Assembly (NCBI RefSeq): GCF_001194135.2
Contig: NC_068982.1
Span: 177,291,070-177,355,069 of the forward strand
Source: Octopus bimaculoides
Lineage: Eukaryota
DNA: 64,000 nt
Direction of reading: 5' to 3'
Each line of letters begins with the position of its first letter. The first letter of the stretch is position 1. Under the pieces are notes generated by a model, which saw nothing but the letters and a program-made list of their open reading frames with translations, did not search any database and was not told the origin of the DNA. Positions 55,160 to 64,000 of this stretch are shown here, piece after piece. The position numbers and the translations under genes were made by a program.

Positions 55160-56262
55160 ATATTTCTTATTTTGTTCCACTACCTTTCGCTACCTTTGAG
55201 GAATGTTCATGATCCCATCCTCCCAGAACTTGGCATCTTTCTGGATCATAAGTAGATCCAAGTAGTTTTTACATTCTTTTAAGAATCTAAGTTTTTCCCA
55301 TTAAGAGAATTTTTCCGGAATCAGAATAAATGATAATCCAAAGGTGCAAGGTCAGGTGGGTACGGTGGGTGAGGTAGGACATGCCACCTAAGTCGCACCA
55401 ATTTCTGTCTGGTCTGCAAAGAAACATGCGATCTAGTGTTGTTCTGATGTAAGACGCCACCCTTTCGGTTGGCCAATTCTGGACGTTGCCTCCTTTAATC
55501 GGTCTAATTTTGTGGAAGTAGCTTATAATACACAATGCCCTTCCGACCCAACCAGATAGAGAGCATCACCTGCTTCAGATACAAACCAGCTTTTGGCGAG
55601 ATTGAAGACGGCGGTTCATCTCGTTTTCCCCAGGACCTTTTTCCGTTTTATGTTGTAAATTATCCATCTCAGAACACGTGATCATTCTTTTCAGAAATGG
55701 ATGATTTTTGTTTCTTCTGAGCAGAGATTCAGAGATAGAAATGGACTCTATTAAGTTTTTTTTTCCGTTAAGTTGTGAGGCACCAATCATAACAATTCGC
55801 GTAACCAACTGTTTTTAAATGCTTTATAACGCTCACATGAGATATGTGAAGAATCTCCGCAATGTCTCGCATTCTGTGACATTGATTATTTTTTTCTATT
55901 AAAATCTCGATTTGTTCATGATCAGCGACTATAGGCCTGCTGGAACGTTCAAAATATCCCAGGTCAAAATTTTCGGTTCTAAAACTAGTGAATCACTTAC
56001 AAACAGTACTTTCAGCTATGACATCATCTCCATAAACAGCACATATCTTCTTTGCTGTTTGTGAAGCGTTTCACCTTTCCCGAAATAAAAGGGCATTAAA
56101 TGACGAAAATGTATTTCATTTCCTAGATTTGAAATTTTATCGTAAGAAGAGTAGAAGTAAATAATCCACACAAAATTAAAATAGAAAAATGTTGCCGTCA
56201 CGTGATAAAGCAGATCACGTGATTAAACATTACCTGTTGAAAAATTCTACGAACTTATACAA
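55160..56262 (-). mobile_element. decayed mariner transposon
   Basis: FRHLMPFYFGKG, ISESLLRRNKNHPFLKRMIT and HPPYPPDLAPLDYHLF on minus; partial TIR TATTGTATAAGTTCGTAG near 56260. Confidence 0.9.
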
Positions 56263-56573
56263 TATTATTTATATTATATCAAAAGTTAAAAATTGTGTCC
56301 TTTCTGAATTATGCCTTCGGTACACGCATGGCAAATAGGTTAAGAATTTCGTTTCGCAGACACTTGTTTTCGAGTTCATATTGCACGGTACCTTGCGAAC
56401 ATTTCTTCTACTGCGGTCTAAAGCTGGCTGCAGCTTTGTGAGTGTATACGATAGACAGAAACAACGTGGAAGTCTGTCATCCATACACATACATGCATAC
56501 ATACATACATACATACATACATACATACATACATACAAGTGTATCTATCTATATATATATCATGCATACGTGG

Positions 56574-56677
<104 letters not shown>

Positions 56678-56948
56678 GTTGTTCGTGACGTTAGGTAAGT
56701 GAAATGACAGAACGACGTAAACTAGCTTCGCAATATTGTCTAAATGGGAAATTATTGTCACACTGCACCCCTCGAATATGCGAGATTTCATCCGTTTATT
56801 TATTGTATGAAATATTCGCTCTCTTTGTTTTCACGAATGGGCATGCGTTCTTTGCTGGAAACATGCTTTTATTTTGTAACAACGCCCCAGTCTACAGAAT
56901 TTCGTATATTTTACAGTATTTAATTTATTTCTACAGTCGCTTTTATAG

Positions 56949-56996
56949 GCATATAAAACCAAAATGAAATCTTTATATCCAAGAAATGAAAAATCG
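56949..56996 (+). CDS. candidate exon (phase 0-0, 48 nt)
   Basis: Acceptor tcgcttttatag, donor TCG|gtatgt, only open frame AYKTKMKSLYPRNEKS. Confidence 0.2.
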
Positions 56997-57516
56997 GTAT
57001 GTTTGTGCCCTGGTTATAACTTTGAACGTCTACGTTGGTACCTTCATTATAATAGCATCTGTTTCTTCACCAATAATGAGAAGCCGAATTTCTTATTCAT
57101 CAGTAAAGAAAATAGTTTAAGTTCTTGCATTTATACGGAGCGGTCAATATATGTAACGCATTCCGAAGGTTTAACCAGAAACAACAATTTCTGGGGTGAG
57201 ATTATACCCTGTCCCCACTCTCCAAATTTTGTTTTTGTTTATTATTACCAGTAAAACGTGCACATACATATATATAGTTTCATATAAACTTGTGTACTAG
57301 TATATGTGTGCGTATGTATGTGTGTGTGTGTGTGTGTGTGTATGTGTGTGTGTCCATGTGTGCGCGCGTGCATGAGAACATTAATAACTATACATACAAG
57401 CATATATATATATATATATATATATATGCGGAGAGAGAGAGACAGAGACAGAGAGAGAGAAACAGAGAGAGACAGAGAAAGTGAGACAGAGAGAAAGAGT
57501 AAGAAATATACGAATA

Positions 57517-57554
<38 letters not shown>

Positions 57555-58091
57555 TGAATATGTATATATGAAAAGATAAATGATTCGTAACGTTAAGTAA
57601 CTGACATGNNNNNNNNNNNNNNNNNNNNNNNNNNNNNNNNNNNNNNNNNNNNNNNNNNNNNNNNNNNNNNNNNNNNNNNNNNNNNNNNNNNNNNNNNNNN
57701 NNNNNNNNNNNNNNNNNNNNNNNNNNNNNNNNNNNNNNNNNNNNNNNNNNNNNNNNNNNNNNNNNNNNNNNNNNNNNNNNNNNNNNNNNNNNNNNNNNNN
57801 NNNNNNNNNNNNNNNNNNNNNNNNNNNNNNNNNNNNNNNNNNNNNNNNNNNNNNNNNNNNNNNNNNNNNNNNNNNNNNNNNNNNNNNNNNNNNNNNNNNN
57901 NNNNNNNNNNNNNNNNNNNNNNNNNNNNNNNNNNNNNNNNNNNNNNNNNNNNNNNNNNNNNNNNNNNNNNNNNNNNNNNNNNNNNNNNNNNNNNNNNNNN
58001 NNNNNNNNNNNNNNNNNNNNNNNNNNNNNNNNNNNNNNNNNNNNNNNNNNNNNNNNNNNNNNNNNNNNNNNNNNNNNNNNNNNNNNNNNNN

Positions 58092-58128
<37 letters not shown>

Positions 58129-58516
58129 TGTAATTATACAGCTTGACATGTTAACATGCATTCATACAAACTTAGATACATAAATATGTAAATGCATACA
58201 TATTTACAAACGCACATACATATACACATGCAGACACACATCCTACATACAGTAATTTATATATTGGTGGGAAAAGACAATAACCCGGTGCATTGTAACA
58301 CTCATTTCTGGCTTCTTGTAGTGAGCACAAGCTGCAGAAAATTTCCTTCATCAACTCTACCGTCTGAAATGCAGGGAGTAGAGTGATTCACCTGTCGGAA
58401 CCATACAGGGGCCAACGCTGTTATTTACAAAATGTACAGCATATATGCATGCGTGTGTGTATGTATGTATGTATAGAGACATGCATGTACAAACGCATAC
58501 ACCTATCCATTTATAC

Positions 58517-58564
<48 letters not shown>

Positions 58565-59054
58565 NNNNNNNNNNNNNNNNNNNNNNNNNNNNNNNNNNNN
58601 NNNNNNNNNNNNNNNNNNNNNNNNNNNNNNNNNNNNNNNNNNNNNNNNNNNNNNNNNNNNNNNNNNNNNNNNNNNNNNNNNNNNNNNNNNNNNNNNNNNN
58701 NNNNNNNNNNNNNNNNNNNNNNNNNNNNNNNNNNNNNNNNNNNNNNNNNNNNNNNNNNNNNNNNNNNNNNNNNNNNNNNNNNNNNNNNNNNNNNNNNNNN
58801 NNNNNNNNNNNNNNNNNNNNNNNNNNNNNNNNNNNNNNNNNNNNNNNNNNNNNNNNNNNNNNNNNNNNNNNNNNNNNNNNNNNNNNNNNNNNNNNNNNNN
58901 NNNNNNNNNNNNNNNNNNNNNNNNNNNNNNNNNNNNNNNNNNNNNNNNNNNNNNNNNNNNNNNNNNNNNNNNNNNNNNNNNNNNNNNNNNNNNNNNNNNN
59001 NNNNNNNNNNNNNNNNNNNNNNNNNNNNNNNNNNNNNNNNNNNNNNNNNNNNNN

Positions 59055-59108
<54 letters not shown>

Positions 59109-60816
59109 GCATGCATGCATACATACATATATACATACATACAAACATATACATATATATGTATATACACAGACACATATGCCTAAACAACTATTAAATA
59201 AGTGATAAAGTAACTCACTAAAGATTGAAAAAAAATTGTGAATTACAGGGTCTATGAAAGAATGACTCTAATTAATTAAGTGCATGAATTAAAAGAGGAA
59301 TGAATGAATAAATGAATAACAATGAGAAAGCAAGAAGGAAACTATCAGTAGTAAAATATAGAGAATGCAAAAGATATTGCTAACAGATAGAAGGGAAATA
59401 ACTTGTCATGCAGTGATGTCCCCTCAGTAGATAGCGTCAGTATATTGTCGTATCTTCATGAGGCATCTGGTTTTATATTTTAATTTTCTATATTTTCTTT
59501 TTTAAATCTTTAGATTTCCAGTTCAGTAATGTTGTGATCCTCATGCTTTCTAAAATAGAATTTTTGTTATTCAGTATATAAAAAAAAAGTACTGATTTCG
59601 TGTCAAAATCATTATTATTTGAAAAGAGCCGCTATGAATATCATTTGGCCCAGAACTGTCGAACGGATCTAAAGACATTCAAAATGGTGCCACCCAACCA
59701 ATCTTTTATTCAGAGATATTATAATTTGGACTACTAAATTAGTTAATGTGTCATCTTTCTAATATATAAGACAGTACGGTTCTGCGTTGAGATAGATTAG
59801 TGTGCTGAACAAAAGGTGACCACGAGAACTTGCGCAAGTTTATCATGGGTTGTACAGCATATTTTATAGACAGAGTTTGCAAGGCCCAGATATTGGACCT
59901 TACAGAGTTTCAGTTTAGAACGTGACGGAAAAATTTCTTTATGGCTTTTTTTTTTTTTTTTTTTTTTCTCTCTTTTCTTTATCTTCTCCTTTAGACTCGA
60001 CTCAAACGCCATATTTTTAAGCATGACATGAATTATTGGAAAATATTTCATTCATGTTCTTCTGAAATCTACTTGCTTTGTAAATATATTCAGCCGGGGG
60101 TTGGGATAGAAAGCGACAAACCTTATCTTTATCTCTCTTTGCGTCATCTACACATGTTATGATAGTGTTCATTTTATGATTTTTTCTTTTATTTTTTTTT
60201 TGTATTATTTCTCCACATCTTGCTAGGCACACAAAAAAACCTTAAATTCTAAGGAAAGGAAAAAGGTTAGATTATGATTCTTTACAATATCGACTTGCCG
60301 GGAGGAGTTAAATCTCCAGTACCTCCCAACACCCTAGCCAACGAGGGATTTACCACATAGTTTTTCGATATGCTAGAAAATGCAGTCAAATACCCTTCAA
60401 ATCTCACGCAAATGTCTGCAGACATAAATAAATGGAAGTGATGTATGAGACAATGTAGTACTAAATACTCCGACCACAGATGGGATACTCAAATGTTCGT
60501 AGCTACAATGGCTTTGATCATAAATTACTTAAGGTTAAACATCAAGAACAAACATCAGCTTGGGGTAATTGTAAAATGGATTTCTGACACAGGCACAAAC
60601 AGATTTTGTGGGAGCTAGAACATTCAGATATAGCTAAATCGCTCACAAAATTATGAAAAGTAAGGCCAACAGCCGCAAGAGTGGAATACAAATTGAAATG
60701 TGGTATAAATATATGTAGCAAGATAATAGGCTGGCTCTGCCGAATGTAATTCAAAACCAACAATGACACTTTATGGATTCTGCCACCGATAATAAAAATT
60801 TTAATCATAATTATAA

Positions 60817-60949
60817 TTCAGGATTGTTCTAAGCACTTGAAAGACTACTGAAAACTTGTGGACACCTAAGGTTACAAGTAGTAACCCGCTATTTAGAAAA
60901 ATCCTACCAGGAATAAAACCGATCCTGAGTCAAACCAATAATAATAATA

Positions 60950-60950
<1 letters not shown>
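60817..60950 (+). mobile_element. short 3' end of a TAA-tailed retroelement
   Basis: FRIVLST* resembles the RLE-clade terminus and is followed by a ~100-bp UTR and (AAT)n. Confidence 0.45.
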
Positions 60951-61018
<68 letters not shown>

Positions 61019-61020
61019 AT

Positions 61021-61164
61021 TTTATGTTTGACTTTTGTTTTGCATTTGTACAAGTTGGATGCAAGTCTCACCCAGAGACCTCAAGAGACAAGTTAGAAGT
61101 TCATGTAGGTGTTATGCCTAGGGTACCATATATTTGGATTTGTACAGTTTTGTTCAAGTGAATG

Positions 61165-61167
<3 letters not shown>
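61021..61167 (-). mobile_element. 3'UTR-only copy of the 45485 R4/Dong-like family
   Basis: Matches 45485-45633 apart from one substitution and a 3-bp indel seen; (ATT)n on both sides. Confidence 0.92.
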
Positions 61168-61224
<57 letters not shown>

Positions 61225-61225
<1 letters not shown>

Positions 61226-61803
61226 AATCCACTGATGCAGTACCAGGCTGTGGGTTGCATGGCTTTTCATCTTAAATGATTGGAAGTGTTACCACGTACA
61301 TTGTTTTTATATTGGTATAAAAGATGGGCTACAGCAAATATTCTGCTCAGTACCACAGATTTGCTTGTCAGTTCTTTGACCTTAACCAGTTCAGCATGTC
61401 CCTTGGTGGCTCACGATATGTGCATATTTGATCACGAGCAGAAGTAGTTAGAGAGCACCATAGACATGTATTGAGAGGAATTCTTTGGGGTTTGGATAAT
61501 TCAGCGTTGGAAACATGGGTGTTTCGTTCAACATCCTTAAACAACCGTTATTCAGGGACTTTTTGAGCGGGGTGGGCTACTCGACCTGAAAAAAATTCTA
61601 ACCGCGCCCCACCTGCAAGTTCATGCATGATTATCTTGATATGAGATCACCATGTCGCGCACATATGGTTGTGATGCATATGCCTGATGTTCCCTTATCA
61701 GACGTGTAGTCATGATGGGTATACTGGGCTTCGTACATTTTGCTCCAGTAACACTTTAATGGCATGCGCGGCTCTCTCACTCAATAATAATAATAATAAT
61801 AAA
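61225..61803 (+). mobile_element. ~560-bp non-coding TAA-tailed element (family C), copy 1
   Basis: Collinear with 61804-62360; ends GCTCTCTCACTC(AAT)n; no long ORF. Confidence 0.85.
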
Positions 61804-62360
61804 TGTCCTGATGAGGCACTGGATCTCACGGTTTCTCATCTTAACTTATTAAATGTGTTATCATGTACATGTTTTGTATAAAAGATGGGCTACAGCAAAT
61901 ATTCTGCTTAATACCACAGATTTGCTTGTCAGTTGTTTGACCTTAACCAGTTGAGCATGTCCCTTAGTGGCTGACGGTATGTGTATCTCTGATCACAAGC
62001 AAAAATAGTGGGGGAGCATCATAGCCATGTGTTGAGAGGAATTCTTTGGGGTTTGGATAATCCACCTTTGGAATCATGAGTGTTTCGTTCAACATCCCTA
62101 AGCAAACCTTATTCTGGGACCTTCTGAGCGTGATGGGCCACTCGACCTGAAAAAAGTTCTAACCGGGGCCCCACCTGCAAAGTCATGCGCTGTTTATCTT
62201 GATATGAAATCACCATTTCGCGCACATATGATCGTGATGCATGCGCCTGGTATACCCTTATCAGACGGGTAGTCGTGATGGACATACTGGGGTTCGTATA
62301 TTTTACCCCAGTGTCACTTTGATGGCATGCACTGCTCTCTCACTCAATAATAATAATAAT
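61804..62360 (+). mobile_element. family C, copy 2
   Basis: AAAAGATGGGCTACAGCAAATATTCTGCT...GCTCTCTCACTC(AAT)n. Confidence 0.85.
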
Positions 62361-63118
62361 TGGCTATCAGGGAAAGCACATTAAAGAACGGCAGTAGCCC
62401 AACATGTCGTGTATGTAAACAACAAAATAAAAGCATTGATCATGTTGTCTTCATGTGCAATCTTCTTAGGCCTACAGAGTATCTCAACAGGCATGATAGA
62501 GCAGCACTGCATAATCACTGGGTGTTTTGCAAAAGCTTAGACCTGCCCTATTTTGAAAATGATCACATCTCACTCTTCTGGAACTTCATCGTTCAAACTG
62601 ATAGAAAGATAGATACGAATAGACCAGACATATTGAAGGACTTCAGACAAAAATCACGTCTCCTCATCAATATGACTGTCCCATTCGACATAAATGTACC
62701 TGTCAAGACCTGAGCAAGTATAAAGATCTTGAAATGGAAATTGGCAAAATGTGGAACCTGAAAACTAAAACAGTACCTGTTGTCATAGGTGCCCTAGGTA
62801 TAATATCAGAGGGGGCTGATTGCTACCTAGCATAGATACCAAGAAATCCAAAAATGGCAGAAATTCAAAAAAATAGTCTTCATGGGAACTGCCCATATCC
62901 TACGTAAAATATTGTCTATGTAATCTCAAATTTTAAAACAAACTTATAATTTTCTTGTTTTCATAAACATTCTATTGAACAATACTTTGTGCAAAACCAA
63001 ATATATAGCACCCGAGTCATAACACCAACATGAACTTCTAGCTTGTTGACTCTTGAGGTCTTTGGGTGAGACTTGGAGTGAACTTGTCCAAATACAAAGC
63101 AGAAGTCAAACATATAAT

Positions 63119-63174
<56 letters not shown>

Positions 63175-63180
63175 TGATGA
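62361..63180 (+). mobile_element. 5'-truncated R4/Dong-like retrotransposon, related to 45485 copy
   Basis: CRVCKQQNKSIDHVVFMC...RHDRAA...NRPDI...VPVVIGALG...MGTAHILRKILSM*, then a 3'UTR ending GTCAAACATA(TAA)n. Confidence 0.92.
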
Positions 63181-63283
63181 TTTCAAATTTTGCCACAAAG
63201 GTAGCCATTCGAGGAAGGGGATGAGTCGATTACACCTGTATTCAACTGGTGTTTATTTTATCAATACCGAATGATGAAAAGCA

Positions 63284-63369
<86 letters not shown>

Positions 63370-63388
63370 ATAATAATAATAACAACAG

Positions 63389-63650
63389 AAGTCCTGTCGT
63401 GTACATATTTTGCTTTTGGAGTGAAAGATGGGCTGCAGCATATATTCTGCTCAATACCACAGATTTGTTTGTCAGTTGCTTGGCCTTAACCAGTTTAGCA
63501 TGTCCCTTGGTGGCTGACGATATGTTCATCTCTGACGGATAGTCAAGATGGGTATTTTGGGCTTCATATATTTGTACCCCAGTGATCTCATATGACCTTA
63601 ACCTTAATGACATGCGCTGCTCTCTCACTCAACAACAATAATAATAATAA
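63389..63650 (+). mobile_element. family C, copy 3, internally deleted
   Basis: Same 5' GTCCTG start and 3' GCTCTCTCACTC end; middle missing. Confidence 0.8.
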
Positions 63651-63833
63651 TTCTTGAGAGGTACATGGAACAAATAGAGGCTGCAATAACGGTGGAGAAT
63701 TTGCAGAAAGCATCACTGCTCGAATTCTCCGGATGGTGCTCGGATAATAAGGGGTGCTACCTTAGTTCACTGGTAATGAACAGCTGACACCGTAGTACAT
63801 GTCCAGCGTTAGAAGCTGCGCAAAGACAATAAA

Positions 63834-63908
<75 letters not shown>

Positions 63909-63909
63909 C

Positions 63910-63950
<41 letters not shown>
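63651..63950 (+). mobile_element. 3' end of a further R4/Dong-like family with long (TAA)n tail
   Basis: LERYMEQIEAAITVENLQKASLL..RILRMVLG*, then a UTR and ~115 bp of (TAA)n. Confidence 0.8.
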
Positions 63951-64000
63951 GCTGTAGGCGATGTCGTAGCTGTATGGTAGGAAGTTTTCTCCCCGACCAC
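63951..64000 (+). mobile_element. start of a SINE family A copy, cut by the window edge
   Basis: TAGCTGTATGGTAGGAAGTTT..CCCGACCAC resembles the family A head. Confidence 0.6.

Noticed and set aside
59797-60051. Open frames on both strands (e.g. DHENLRKFIMGCTAYFIDRVCKAQILDLTEFQFRT)
   Set aside because: Weak splice sites, no recognisable motif, and length compatible with chance.
61807-61835. CTGATGAGG at the start of family C copy 2 as a hammerhead
   Set aside because: No helix II or GAAA follows, and copy 1 reads CTGATGCAG.

Overview
AT-rich, repeat-saturated eukaryotic genomic DNA with 14 N-gaps, most of them flanked by (TA)n-type microsatellites. The SINE and microsatellite repertoire looks like an octopod cephalopod genome (inference from recalled repeat families). 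No complete protein-coding gene could be identified, and almost all ORFs in the supplied track are microsatellite or gap artefacts. Supported features: three decayed mariner elements (one near full length, D34D); a Gypsy LTR-retrotransposon remnant with LTR, PPT, integrase and RNase H; many fragments of R4/Dong-like (RLE) non-LTR retrotransposons embedded in (TAA)n arrays; two tRNA-headed SINE families; a telomere-like (CCCTAA)n cassette; a foldback MITE; and local duplications. A few isolated candidate exons are listed at low confidence. The best leads are (i) minimal type I hammerhead-ribozyme motifs, including a same-strand pair at 51978-52297 that would excise a 271-nt RNA, and (ii) a (TAA)n landing pad at 60.8-64 kb holding about seven retroelement ends, three of them a non-coding ~560-bp unit with a shared 5' boundary. 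All alignments and folds were done by eye, and boundaries are approximate unless stated.
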